Notes under the pieces: model-generated | Told to the model about the DNA's origin: nothing | What the model saw: the letters and a program-made list of their open reading frames with translations, nothing else | The model's database searches: none | Assembly (NCBI GenBank): GCA_050084515.1 | Contig: CM114271.1 | Span: 42,718,001 to 42,782,000, forward strand | Direction: 5' to 3' | From: Blasia pusilla | Lineage: Eukaryota | Length of the DNA stretch: 64,000 nucleotides | Shown here: in pieces, positions 13,701-27,935 of the stretch | Layout: every line of letters begins with the position of its first letter | Position numbering within the stretch: position 1 is the stretch's first letter | Made by a program: the position numbers and the translations under genes

Positions 13701-16700
13701 TGAACTGATCGATTGTCTCCAGGACCCAAGAGGGCCATGGGACATGGTATTGCAGTACTTGTAGCACCAAACCATGCAAGAAAGAAGAATCAAGTAAAAG
13801 CCAGAGAAGACATAAAGGCCCTGAGAAATCAAAAGAGAGAATACTGTTACACTGAGGAAGGGCTAACGCCCCTCGGAAGTTTATCTCTTCAAGAAGAGTG
13901 AGTCAAATTTCTTTTGACTGACTTTTTGGTTCCAGAATGTTCGCTTGTTTCTGTTTTCCACCCCGACAGGAGGAGAGTCTTTTGACGTGGTGCAGATGGT
14001 CGAGAGGGATGGAGTGTGGAGGGTGCAAGGCCCTGGAAAATGGATTGGAAAGTACTATCTGTACGAAGTGACAGCATTTCATCCATCAACCTTGAAGGTT
14101 GAAAAGGGTCTTGCATGTGATCCATATTCTCGAGGGTGAGTGTCTGCCTGTCTATATCAGCCTTCTCTCCTTGTGGCTATGGACATCAGAGTGGGCTCTA
14201 TTGTAGAAAAAGGAGTATTGCTAGCTATGAGGCAAGCGAAAAGTGAACAGTAGAAGGGAAAAAGTTGTTACTGTTTAGACAGCTCTGATTTTAATCCTCA
14301 TCTAATGTGAAAAGAAGTTGAACGCGTATCGTCCAAATCTTTTGTTGCAGAAGCCCAGGTGTCTATCTAAACTGTCATCATTCTCTTGATTTACATAGGC
14401 CCTAATGTGCTACAGAAATGTCCATGCCTACAACTGTAGAATAGGTTGACGTGAATGGGTATGAACTTTGAGGATTTCCTGAAACTAAGCATGAAGCTGG
14501 CTTACTTGTTTCAAAGATGTGTGTTTCTTGGTATGATTTTTCTGGCTTGCTTAACTCGTTTGGTCACTTAACAGGTGCGTTGTGTGTTTGTGCATGGCGT
14601 GAAAGACTCTCATCAAATGGTGAACGGTCCTTGATTGTAGACCTTAATGACAAGAGTCTGATGCCTGAAGGATGGGCGACATTAGCATCTCAGAAACCTA
14701 CGCTGGAAGCCTTCACGGACATTGCAATCTATGAGCTACATATTAGAGACTTCAGGTTTTCTAAGAACTTTGCAAAAGTTTCTATTGATTGGTTCTTGTG
14801 CTTGAGGCTCTTATCGTATCTTGTTCAATTACTAATACGGTTCCTTAACATCTACTATGCTGAATATTTGGATCCTGGAACTTGTACAGGTGACTGGAAA
14901 TTTGTAGTTATGGTTTCAGGAGGTAAAGATAACGACTTTTTCATCATTGCATTGCTAAAATACGTTTCTGAGTTTTGGTATTGCTGTTTCTTCTGCAGTA
15001 TTGGAGATGTGACTGTGGATCCAGCTTTAAGAGGGACATACTTGGCCTTCACTGAAGAGGTCAGGAGCTACCTTGTTTGACATTGGCCATGCCAATTAAA
15101 ATATCCCTCTTGGGCTACCTATGCTTCCTACGTAGGAAGAACAATTCAACATCAGAGGTCTTGGACGTTGGTATTGATCAAATGAGAGTCAAATGAGAGT
15201 CCTGTGTGGACTCTGTCTGTAACTTATAATGGGTTCCCTTTAAGGAGTCGAACGATTTCAATCATCACTCATGAGTTGTGATGACTCAACCGTGGTTAGA
15301 ATCGCTGGTCTCGTTCTCTCCCGCCCCGCCCCGCCCCGCCCCCCCCCTTCCCGGCACCCCCCTCTTTATGAGTGCAGTGAGCATATCGGGAGCATGAAAA
15401 AATCTGGCTTCTCTGCAACCTTTAGGAGAATCTGCAGAGGTGATGCACATATCAAGGAGATCCAGCATTTCCTACAAGTTTCTTTTCTTGGTTGGTACAT
15501 GAGTTTTCATTAGGAAAAGTCTGGTAAGCTCTTCTGTGAAGAGAAGATGTTGAGGTTTGGTGAGGGTCTAAATGAAATACTTCACTTAAATCAGGTCAGA
15601 TCATAAGTTGTACTTCAGCGGACTAATGGTTGGATGCAGAATCCACCAATTTGATGCTCCAAGAAGTTCAAATCATCGTTCTCACAACTTGTCGCTGTTC
15701 CGCAGAATTCTGCGGGAGTAAACCACCTGAGAAACCTTGCCAAGGCGGGGCTCTCACATATCCATTTGCTTCCTTGCTTCGATTTTGCGAGTGTGGATGA
15801 GAGGAAGGAAAACTGGAAAGATGTTGGTAAGCGTCTTTCTTCTACTTGCACACTGTAATAGCTCATCCGTGGTTTTAGAATGCAATTCATTCTATACATG
15901 AAAGAATGAAACTGATTTAATGTCCACAGGCTCAAGAGGACTAAAGGACTTGAAATGAGCATATTTGTAGTAAGTGGGTAGGTATTGTCCTATGTGTGAA
16001 AATGATTGACCAGTAGAAGTATCTCCTTGTACAAAGTCAGAACTAGCATCAGCTAAACCATCCATGATTTCAGTTTGTATACAATCAGCAAATCAGTTTC
16101 TATCTCTATTGCCAAATCAGACCCCTACCATGATGTGACTCTTCTTATTATCTAACAGATACTAAGAAGGATTCTACACAGTCACACCTTGCACTCACAA
16201 CACAGATCCTCACATGTCACCAGCTCAGAGATCAGACATGGCTCACATCATTGAACACAAATAATCTCCATCAACATACTAGACAAAACGACCTGCCTTC
16301 CAATGAGGCTCTAGCAAGCACAGAAGTTAGTCTCAATCTCCTCTTCCTTTTCTCAGATCACTCTGCAGCAGGGCCAGTGCTGCATGACACATTGAGAGCC
16401 TCAGGAGTCCTCACCAAAACCTGTGCATACTGTAGAATTGCATTCTGACTCTAAGCAGAGAGACAGTTTATACTTGAGGGTGAGCATTTCTGGCCCTTAG
16501 ATCTTCTTGATCAGATCCATATCCTAAATATCACATGGTGGCTAGTCCTAACTCGAGAATTGCCCTAATTTGAGATTACCCTGAAAAGATAGAGGAACAC
16601 TAAGTTATCTCTAGCTAACTAAATTAGTATCCAACTAAGTTCGTATTTGACTAACTACTTTTAAGGCATGACTAAACTAGATATTAACAAATTTTGACGC

Positions 16701-19700
16701 TATGAATTCAGAACTTTACCCAATTCTTGACTTCTTTCAGATCTCAAAGGGAAAGTACCTACCTGAGCTGATGCAGTATCTGTCTGCAAACGTGATGTAA
16801 ACTCTAATTGTCAGGGTTGCTAAGTGTGAATCTTGCAAGGTCTGACTTAGGGCTGGTTTCACACATGCAGATTTTGGCAAGCTTAGTGAACTGGATCCGG
16901 ACTCCGAAGAACAACAAGCTGCAATCACAGCAATTCAGAATGAGGATGGTTACAACTGGGGGTGATTTATGACACTTCTTTTGCCATGAATCTTGTGTCT
17001 GCTTGTGATTTTCTTATTCAGCAGTTCCTGCCGTGATTTGTTGGTGTCACCATAAATGGAGGTCGGAACTAGAGTTGGGTGATGGACTGTCAGAAGGTTT
17101 CTTTTCCTCAGAGAACAACGGTGAGAGATTCCGTATGCATGATCAGGTGCTTGTAATCACTTCATAAGATGACTTATGCAGCTATGATCCTGTCAACTGG
17201 GGAGTGCCTGAAGGAAGCTATGCCACTGATGCAGATGGGCCTATCCGAACCATCGAGTTCCGCAAAATGGTTCAAGTGAGTTCTGTAAAATAGAACATAT
17301 ATACATATCCATTTGTGAACTTAATTGAGTCTGTCAGCATCTTGAGTGAATAGTTATTATTGTAAACAATCAGTCAGTCTGACCGCTTCAATCGTTTCCC
17401 TTCCAATCGTTGACTCGCATTTGTGATCTCCGTTGACAAGCCAAAAGAAGCGACTGTTCTGGGGTTTGTTTGTAGCTTTCCGCAATGGCGCATTATCTAA
17501 TCATCTAAGTGCAAGTATTTCACTTCAAGAGGGTTTTGTTCCAACATTGGAAATGTAGACCCGAAACATTCTGGGTGAAGTTCTTCGTCTGCTTGATGTT
17601 CATTCATACAAATTCATTACAGTTCAAAGGGTGCACAGATGTTATCACCTTCATGGTGGAGTAGATTTGGACATGGTCAGAAGTGCATTATGGCACATTG
17701 GGAAGTAAAGTACCCCGGTCAACAAATATTTGATTGGATGAGCTAAAGTAGTGATTTTGAAATGAAAGGGATATTCAGTAGATGGACCACTTTTGATGAA
17801 TGATGCAAGTCTTCTTGTGTTTGGTCCTCAGATAGAATTGGATGATCATTGAGTTTTTTGTTTGTGATGTCAGGCTCTCAATAAACTTGGGTTACGTGTT
17901 GTACTGGATGTGGTATACAATCACTTGCACGGGAGCGGCCCGACAGGCATACACACAGTTCATGATAAGGTCGCTCATCTATGGCATAACACAATCTTAC
18001 TCATAATTGCCTCGAATATGTTACCCGAAACATTCACACGACCACACTGTTCAATCCCATTTTCCCCTGTGTATCTTCAATATGAAGTCTAGATCCAGCA
18101 TTGCAGTAAGTAGTTGTAAATGGGTCGTTGCATGATCTATTTATTTTTTTTCCCCTGGTGGCGGCAGGGTTCGATTTATTTCTTTCAGACTACTGCTAAT
18201 TTTCTTGGATTCACAACCCTTAAATTTCTTGCATCATTAAGTATTGTGTTATGGTGTCACATGATTGACGCCACAATCGGTCCGCTTGATATGGCGTGTC
18301 AGGTTGTTCCTGGTTACTATCTGCGCCGCAACAAAGATGGTATGGTAGAGAACAGCACTTGCATGAACAACACAGCTAGTGAGCACTACATGGTGGACCG
18401 TCTCATCATTGATGATCTCCGTCTTTGGGCAATTGAGTATAAGGTACCATCCCTGCAAGAGTTGTCCTAGTATTTAGTCCTTAGGTCAAGGGCCTAATCA
18501 AATTGTAGCTCGCATTGTATATAGATGTGATCTCACAATAACCCGTTAATGTTGGAAATGATATCCAGTTTTCATCATGTCAGGTTTCTTGAGTAGTGGA
18601 TTGGCTATGGAAAGATTTGAACAGTGATGTTTTTTGTTTGCCAGTTCAAGGGATTTCTGTTGGTCTGATTGCAAAAGTACCTGGCCAATTCTTTACCCAT
18701 CCTCCATATTTGACTGACAATCCTCTGTGAAACATATATTCAGGTGGATGGTTTCCGTTTTGATCTTATGGGACATCTGATGAAGAGTACCATGGTGTGT
18801 CATTGCTCATATGCAAACTTCTTATTTTCTCAACCTTTTAGTATTGCAATTCTTCAAAGGCAATTGCAAAGGGGAAAAGGTTTTTTTTTTCGCTCTTTTT
18901 TCTGCTGAGTTGTATTGACTGGGCAGGCTGCCTATGGTAGCTGAGTGGCTTCCACTGACTACTTTGAATGCCTGCAGCTACGAGCAAAGCAAGTGCTGCA
19001 AAGCTTAAATGTGGAAAAAGATGGCGTTGATGGCTCTAAAATCTACTTGTGAGAACCAAATGTATTTGTATTTAACGGATAAGGAATTTTGAGTGCTGCG
19101 TGCTTTTGGCAAAGAAATTTCCGGCTGTTCTGCTTTACAGATTTAACATAAATTTATTTTCAATAGAATCGTCGTGGGTGTGATGTAATTGATGCAAGAA
19201 CTTGGAAGGCATTAAACACAGCTTGGAGGTCTAGAGGTTTCGCATAAGTTTCAGTCTTAGTTTTACCAGCATGTAGATCAATTCAAATTCTTGGCTTATT
19301 CTTTGTTGACACGTTTTCTTCCTTCTTTCTAAAAGGTATGGTGAAGGATGGGACTTTGGAGAGGTTGCAAACAATGGCAGAGGTATAAATGGATCGCAGC
19401 AAAATCTTTCTGGAACTGGTATTGGAAGGTATATTGGTTCGAGTGTGCCTATCCCATAGAAAATTGTGGAATTCCAGCTAAAATCACTTCGGACGAATGT
19501 TACATCATGAGTTGCTACTCTGGATGTTCTGGAGATGAAACAATGTGATGTGCATGCCTAGTAGGTGTATGTCTAACCTACTGGACATGTACGAGCGGGT
19601 TGTTTTTGTAATGGCCCCCTTACTCATCAACTATGCCATTGATAGTCTGCGAGCATGTCTTTAAGCAAGTCGTAGTCTGATGCTTTTAAAGACCCTTGAT

Positions 19701-22700
19701 ACAATTGTACTTGTGTAGACCTTAAACAATTTAACTACTGTTTGCAGTTTTAATGACCGTATTCGTGACACTGCCATGGGTGGCTCTCCTTTCGGTGATC
19801 CTCTCCAGCAAGGCTTCTTGACAGGCTTGTATCTCCAGGTGTGTTAAGGAGAAGCTACTCATGTGTGCAAGATGGACATTGACATTGTGTACCCAAACAC
19901 TTCTTCATCTCTCTGCACCATTTTTGGACCTTTTGGATGTCCAACCTTCTTGAGTTGGTGTTTGAATATCACCATTCATTATTGGCAAGGAACGGTTGTC
20001 AGACTTTTTTCCTTATTTTTCAGTTAAAGCTGATGTGGTTTCTGGTGTTTTGGCAGCCAAATGAACTGGACCAGGGTGATGAGGAGGCGATGGCAAATCA
20101 TCTAGCAGCAACAACTGATTGGATTCGGGTCTGCGTTTCTACCAACTCTCTTACACTTAGTCTACAGTCCAGAGCAGTTGTTAGAGATTGTTTCTGACTA
20201 CTCAGTCAAATACAAATGGGAATCTTTGTAAGAGTGGGAAACCAGAAAGAGTAGCAAGTGATCGCCAAGGTTAGCTGCAAAGTGAAGTGTTTGATTCACA
20301 ATTTGGTATAATCAGATCGTATTTCTATTTTCATAGGGTGGTCCTTCCTGGATTGTATGCTATTTCATTGCTCAGATCAGTTACATAGACCTTGAAGGCT
20401 ACAAACCAGAACCAGAAAATGCTATTACGAGTAAAGATTACCTAATAGAACTTTCATATAGGATCTCTTGCCGTTTAGACATGTAAGTGAAGAACTCGAG
20501 ATTACCCCTTTTCTGACTTGACCCTATTTTGATCATTGTCATCTGTCGGTACTGCTGGCGAGCATTGATCTTCAGATAATTCCTCTTTGATTTTTTTAAG
20601 AAACTTTTGCAGCATAGATACAGTAGCAATGTGCCGACCAAGTGGTCCATCTCAAGTTGGGTTTTTTAAAGGAAGCTTTACAAGGTTTAGACCTCCATTA
20701 ACTGCATATGGTAATTTACGAAGTGCTTTTGGGTTGCCGGATGTTGCAGCTTGGTTTGGCAAGCAATTTGAAGACTTTTGTTTTCACCAACTATCAGGGC
20801 GAAGAGGTGTGGAACTCAAAAGTCTTAGGAGTGGTGGTTGCAAATTCTGTTCACAATTGATTACAGTTATCTGGCACCATGAGAGCTGAGCACCAAAAGA
20901 GTCAGCACTGAGCTAAAAGGTTGTCCTAGAAGACTTCCCTGGTGCCTGAGTGGCGAATGAGTGGTAGTATATGCAAACATCTGCAATGGGTCCTTCTAGC
21001 TGGTCTACGTGGAAGCATCTGAGTGAAGAAACTGGTTTCAGTTTTGGAAGATCTAGTAAGGAGGATTGGTTATGTCCAGAGACAGAAAGAGTAATGCTGT
21101 CAGAAATGTAATACATGCAGGTGAATGGAACTCAGGTTCTGACTCATGACAAAGTACCGGTTGCTTATGCTTCAGGTCCTGAAGATCTGGTAAGTTTATT
21201 GGTTTTTGGTTACTTGAAGCCTATATGCTTCATCTACAAATTAGTCGAATAGAGCTTAAATGCTGCCTCAGGTGCCGAGTATCTGGCTACTGATGCAAAA
21301 CTGAACAACACAGGTCAACTATGTTTCAGCTCATGACAACGAAACACTTTTTGACGTCATTATACTCAAGGCAAGAAGCTTTCTTTTTCTATTTGCATAA
21401 TGTGGACTGCCTAGGTACTATGGCTTATGTGTGGCTGAAAGTTTCTTACTAGTTTCCTGCTCTGGATAATAGCAATAGCTTGCATGAGACGTTGTATGCC
21501 TTTATTGATTGTCAGATGGATGTTTATGCTTTCTGGGGTTGATACTAGAGGTATTTTCATTTCACAGACATCCACCGAGGTCTCCTTAGAAGAGAAATGC
21601 AGAATCAATCATATGGCTACCAGTATTGTGGCTTTATCCCAGGTATTGTTCACATTAATCAATCAACTTTGATGAGGCCAAGGAGAAAGTCGTGATGATA
21701 GTTGAAGGTTTTGTAGCAATACAAGCGTAGGTGTAATTCTGGTAACGTACCAAGTTGTAGCTCATTATAATTAGTAAAATGTCCTTGGTCAAGGTTCACT
21801 TAGTTTAAGTTGAAAAAGTGCACTTAAATGAGTGGTTGGTATAGGCTCTGGTAGTACCTCAGTTCTACAGTGCTGAGGTTCTTGGGTTTAGGAAATTACC
21901 CTCAGGAAAGTAGTAGATGTCAAGTTGTGTATGTCAATCTGCATGGTTGAGAGAGATTATATCAGGAGTATGGCATAGTTGATTTGTTTGGATTTCAGTT
22001 GTGAAAAAAGAAACAACTTATGCATGAAGTTGGTTTACTTGGGTATTGCAGGGTATTGCTTTCTTTCATGCAGGTGATGATATGCTTCGTTCAAAATCTC
22101 TAGATCGTGACTCATACAACTCTGGTGACTGGTTCAACAGGTGTCTCTCGAGGAAAATCTCCTCCACTCTTGCGCATGTGGGTTTTTGTAGCAGTTAGTG
22201 CAAAATCTTTGTGGTTTCTTTCAGTAGTGTTATATTTTCTCATTCTTGGGTTTACTTTGTTTTCTCCCTTAATAGGTTAGATTTCACCTATGAATCCAAC
22301 AACTTCGGTGTTGGTCTTCCTCCGAAATCCAAAAATAGCAGCAAGTGGCCCATGTAAGTGTCGCGTGGTAATATGCCTTTTTTCTTTTTTTCTTTTTTAG
22401 TGTTAAGTTTTCAAATTTTCCTTGATGTATGGTGTGAACGATAATTTGGTGAAGAAGTATGATTTTAGAGCATGAGTCTACCTCTTTGTTCTTGACCTTC
22501 CCTCTGAATGCGGCAAATTACTACTTCAGTGGAGTTCGCAGTGCTTGCTTCAGGAAATATCTCGAGCTTGTCAAATAATGTTGTCTTACATCACGACTTC
22601 CCTCAGGCCGTTGTGTCTTCAGGGTCTCCTTGCGGACAGTTCGGCACAGTCAAACAGTTGGGATGTTGAGTAGTCTTCGAGATCTGAAGCGCTACGCTTC

Positions 22701-24697
22701 TATCCATTCGGCAGGAATTCTGATTACTCTCAACAATTGGACAGTTTACTAACAAAGTTTGGTGTCTCAACAGCATGAGAAAACTTCTCTCAGATCCTTC
22801 TCTCAAGCCAACAAAGACGCACATATTGGCTGCTGTAGAGAATCTGAAGGAGTTCCTGAGGATCAGGTTCTCTTCACCTCTTTTCCGACTGAACACTGCA
22901 AATGCAATCCAGGTATTTCTTCTCATTTCCACGATTGTTGTCTTAGCAGGTCCACTCTTATCCAACCCCTACATTGCAACAAAATTCACCACTGCAAGGC
23001 AATGTCGAAAATTCAAGCTTTAGATCCTCTCCGTGATGTAAACGCCAATATTCCAAAAAAATTCGACTTTCTTCATGGCCTGCTATGATATTATATTGGT
23101 TTGAGTTCCCCTTTTGCATCTTGATTGGCTATTTCTATCTTGCAAAGATTCCTTAAACCTTGAATAAGGGTGGCACTTTCACAAGTTTTGCACTCAATCT
23201 TTGCACCGGGTATTGATGTCACTCCAGGCAAGGCTTCGATTCCATAACACTGGACCGGCGAGTATTCCAGGTGTGATCATTTACAGTATAGAAGATGGCG
23301 ACAAGAACAAGCCTGGTCTTACTCAGCTTGACTCCAGGTGTGAATCTGAACCTCTGCGTGGCACTCTTAAAATTTTTTTCCTGGATTTTTTCTAATCCAT
23401 CTTCTCTATATTAATGAATTTTTTCTAATTAAGATTACATCGAGACGATCAAAGGAGTCGCAACTACCACACATGCACAATGTTGGGAATACGATTGAAT
23501 AAACAGTTTTTTCAAACGAGAAAATAAGGAACAAAGAGTAAACACGGTACCTTTCCACGTTACCAAAAACTGGGAAGATATGGTAGTGTTTTAGGCATAA
23601 ACCTTGGAGTTGACGATGGTTGGAGCATGTGGTCAAAACAAACCAGACCCTACCACACCTTGTCTGTCTCCCCACAAAAAAATAGATGGAGCCTTCATCT
23701 TTGAGAGCGTAGAGCAACACCTTTGCTGAAATTGGTAAGCTTCAACCGTCAGAGCTATTGTGTTCAATGGGCTTATTTCACTAACCACAGCCGTGGTACT
23801 GGTAAGTGGCATCCTTTGAGGCCCCCAATATGGTAAGTAGACTTTCATATGTCGCTCTCCTCCCTCCACACCTGTCCCACCAACAGTATTTGGCGCTTTA
23901 CAAGCAAGGCACGTGGCCTATGGTTGCAATCCCGCAACACACATCTCTTAATGAGCGGACTCTCTCGGTGCGTGTTTGTGAAGAGTTTTAGGACAACGTA
24001 AGTAATCTGTCTCCTCTACAGATCTGGAGCCTCCATTTATGGAGCCTCGTTTGAACCCCAACTTTCCTAAGCTTGGGCAAGCAAAATTGTTGCGGTGGGT
24101 TTCATCTATGTTCTGTACTTATTTTCGCCTCCAGACCTTCATCCTTCCGTCAAACATGCGTGTGAGGCTTTCATTCACCTTGGGATAGGTCAGATTGGAT
24201 GGAATGCCCGGGTATTCTTGTCCCTGGGAAAGTCAAACTTCCGGAAACTAGTTGTCTTTGCAAAACAGAAATGAAGTTTGTTCATACATCGGATTGGATA
24301 ATTTCCCCTAATCCACTGTTACCCTCATTTTACAGATTCCAAATTGTGGTAGTAGTTTTCAATGCACGTCCGACACAACTCAACATCCACATTCCATATC
24401 TTCAATTTCAGCCACTCTCATTGCATCCTGTACAGGTAAATTCACGCAGATGTGGCGTAGTGGATTTGTTAATGCCTCTGCGTTACAATATTTTCGCCTC
24501 CTCACTCTGACTAATGTGATTTTTCTTTCCAGATGATGTTTGAGATGGAAGTCCACAATTATTGCTAATTTGGTATAACTGATTTACAACAGGCATCCTC
24601 TCATGATAAAGTGGTGCAAGAATCATCATTTGATCCTCACGAAGGGTCCTTCTGCATTCCTGCAAGGACATCTGCGGTGTTTGTCAGCAAACGCTAG
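10708..24697 (+). CDS. PU1: Plastid pullulanase / limit dextrinase (GH13), 30 exons, with transit-peptide-like N-terminus and putative CBM41
   Basis: Exons in consistent phase: 10708(or 10729)-11042, 11334-11508, 11854-11958, 12134-12269, 12773-12825, 12946-13054, 13308-13444, 13936-14135, 14606-14755, 14999-15059, 15706-15826, 16871-16961, 17182-17275, 17874-17969, 18303-18443, 18744-18794, 18978-19048, 19336-19428, 19748-19838, 20057-20128, 20750-20806, 21121-21189, 21314-21370, 21568-21642, 22052-22140, 22276-22353, 22774-22912, 23228-23337, 24336-24435, 24593-24697. Motifs [87 protein letters not shown]. Confidence 0.96.
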
Positions 24698-25325
24698 TCT
24701 GGTACCACACATTGCCAATGCCTCGATGGTGAGAGCTATACAATGGGATGCAGTTTGAACCATACTACTAGTGTCGAAATTGTGGAACAGTCTTTGTCCA
24801 ACTCTTCAGGATTTTTCTTTACTTCTTCACTATTCTCATCTTATCAAGATTATTTTACTTACGTGCGTTAATTTCACACATAATGCAATGTTGCAACAAA
24901 TCAAACCCCCCACAAATTTTACATCATAATTGTGAACTGTTAATTTTCCATTACATCACTAGTTGAAATCTTAAAACCCACCATTTTGCTCTAAATTTAA
25001 GGCAAATAATTTCCCAACCAGATACCTAGTGAAAATTCACCATTTTAAACCTAACAACGTTCGCCCATCCTATTCAATTTGCAAATCTGCCCTGGTTTTA
25101 TAATATCTTAATATACAAACGCATCAAACAATCAAGGGAGGATTGATAAAGGTCAAACAGTTGACACGACTAACCTATGATATGACAACTAGCTGGCATG
25201 TCATTTCAAGTGACAGCAACCCAACCCACAACAAATATCTTACTATACAGTACAAAAGTGAAATAATCTAAGATCTTGCTTCATCAAGGAAACCTTTGAA
25301 CCCTGTTGCCAACTCTTTCTGAAAT

Positions 25326-27935
25326 TTAGAGAAACTTTGACATGCTCGCAACAGTCGTGGAAGTTCTCACATCGTCCATGCAAGCTGGCCGAGTTGAGTG
25401 GTAAAACAGATGTGAAGTGATTTGAAGTAGCTCATCTGCAGTTTTCATACCTGTACACATCACCATCCAAAGTTGAGTAGTCAGATTCATCTTTAGTAAA
25501 TCAACAAGTGGGCATTGCTACAACTACAACCCTACATGTGATGAGTTGATACATGCAAATGTAAGGAAGCCTAACCTAACATAAAAATAGAATGTCAAAA
25601 GGTAAAAGCTCTTATATAAATCCCCACTAAAATATATCACTTGAAAACAGATAAGAAATAGAAATAAGTTATCTGACATTACCTGTTAATCGGTAGACAA
25701 GTTTTCCTGCATTGATGAAGAGCAATGTAGGGCATTCTTTGATTTTCAAAGCTGCCCCTAAATCCTGCTCCATGCCCACATCCAGTTTGACAGCCTGAAA
25801 CAGCAAGTCACTTAAAGTCAGGAAAAAGAGGTTGGAAAGTCACTAGACTATACATACTCCATGAAAAGACATCTATATCTTAAGGCAACATGGGTCTTTC
25901 TGCTCACCTCTTGGGTTGAGGGATTCTACACTGGAATAAAATCTACATGTCTTCTTTCATTTTTGCAACATTTTTTGATATGCTACTATTTTCATTTGTG
26001 CATTGCATGAGTATGCACTAACTAGTACTAATGTAAAACTGACAGGGAGCTAAAACTCTAAAACCGACAGAAGTTGCCCATGTATTCTCCACCTCCAACA
26101 GGAAACACACTCTATGCATACGAAATAACAATTTTCCTATTGGGTTCGCACATTGGTTAGGAGGACCAACAACATACCCTTACTGGATACTTCCGGCTAT
26201 CCAGAATCATTTTGACCATTGCTTCCAATTCTTTCAGCAGTTTCCAGCATTCCTCTCCACTGCACCTCATGCACAGTTACATCACACTTAAAACAATGCA
26301 TCATAGCTGCTATGCTTCCAATAGATATAAGGCAGGAGACTAATATTCCTTTTCCGTCCAGACCATAAGACCGTAAATTGCTCTCTGATTTGGTCTGCTC
26401 TGTTTTCCTCAGGGTCTATGAAGTTTTTTTGAGAAACACCTCATGGGAGAAGAATTGGGAAAGTATCCACGATTCATGTTTTGAATCCAAAATCCGATTT
26501 TCTCTTAAGGGTGCGAGTCCTGCTTTGGCTGACAAACTCAGCATTTGATTCTCAGAGAAATTTGGTTGGATAAGATGCAGTAGTAGTACCTGGAGCCATA
26601 TCTTTCGAACCCTAGGAGGATGAGAGGAGTTGGATCTTGGAGAGCAACAAGTTCCCACTCCAGAGAATTGATCTCCCTCACTATCCATTCATACTCTTCT
26701 TGTTCCCAGTTGAGTGAAAGTTGCTCGTCAGCAGTACCTTCATCATCACTTCCCTCGTCCTCCACATTCTTGATTGTGGGTTTCCCAAAACTCTCGAAAA
26801 ATTGTGAGACTTGAAACCCATAGCCATCATCCTCACCTTCAGGCCAGGTTGGATCGTCCTCCTCCATGAAAAGTGGGTAATCATCCTCTTCATTCTCCTC
26901 GCCATCTTCTTGAGTCATACTGTTCGGGAGCCAACACACACCTGTCAACTTCGTGTTTACATACAGCTCCTCATTTTAGGCACTCGGGAAGCGCCTCTTA
27001 CTCCCAATTGTACAAGATTATTCCGAAAACTGCATGCGTAAGCTTTTGATACCTCCGACGACAATACCCGTAACATTCACACCACCTGCTAGACAAATAA
27101 CCACTTATTCCCCTACAATAAAATCCAATTCTACAGAAACTCTTGGCCTTTAATCGACTCTCAATCCGATGTCACCCGGCACACAGTCAGAATCGGTGAG
27201 AACCTCTTACTCCCAATAGGAAAAGATCCCAAAACTGCAACAGTAAAAGCGTAAGTTTCTGATACCTCCGAGGGAAACACCTCCATTTCACAGAATCTGT
27301 AGAACGAATAACTACTCCTTCCTGAATACTAAAATACACCTCCTCAATCCAATCGATTCCCAATCCAATGTCACCCGGTTCACAGATAGACTCGGGACGT
27401 AGCAAGTCATATAGTCACAAAATCCGGTGGTTTAGTGGATGGCTTACGGTATTGAAGCTTCAGGCGTCGCAACTGATACCACAACTGCAAATGAAAGTGC
27501 ATAATCAATAACTTCACTTGCAGACCAACGCTTCGGATATTGAAATGGAAGGCAAACTCCAGCAGCTGAAGTCCAGTAGATACTACATACGCAATTGTCA
27601 TGAACTTCGTAACCGTGTCCGGAATCAGACGACTCGAGGAAATGTAAGGGAAGCGCTTGTTACTGGTAGGACCCATGCTGGTATGGTGGAGAACACTGGA
27701 ATTCTGAGATGGTGAAGTTGCGTTTGGTACCTGCTCTTCTCCCAATGGCAGCTCGCTTCAGCGGAGACCTTGAATTCCCGGATACCAATCCGCTACACTG
27801 CACAGACCATGAAAACACCAGCCGCCAGCGTCGAGGGGATACGGAAGCGCGGAGTGGAAGTCCTGCGCGGAGACGAGTGCCTTCCGGAGTGACCACCAGA
27901 GCCCTCCCCGAGAACGATGTTGACGCCACCGCCAT
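25326..27935 (-). CDS. MRL7: Thioredoxin-like fold plastid protein of the MRL7/ECB1/RCB - MRL7L/NCP family
   Basis: Transit-peptide-like exon 27731-27935 (MAVASTSFSGR...). Core exon about 26590-26941 (EEDDPTWPEGEDDGYGFQVSQFF...WIVREINSLEWE...PLILLGFERY), then CWKLLKELEAMVKMILDSRKYPVR, AVKLDVGMEQDLGAALKIKECPTLLFI and MKTADELLQITSHLFYHSTRPAC, stop at 25326. Small N-terminal exons between 27050 and 27490 are unresolved. Confidence 0.85.

Noticed and set aside
15321-15362. (CCCCG)n tract in a pullulanase intron
   Set aside because: Simple repeat with G4 potential but no further support for function.
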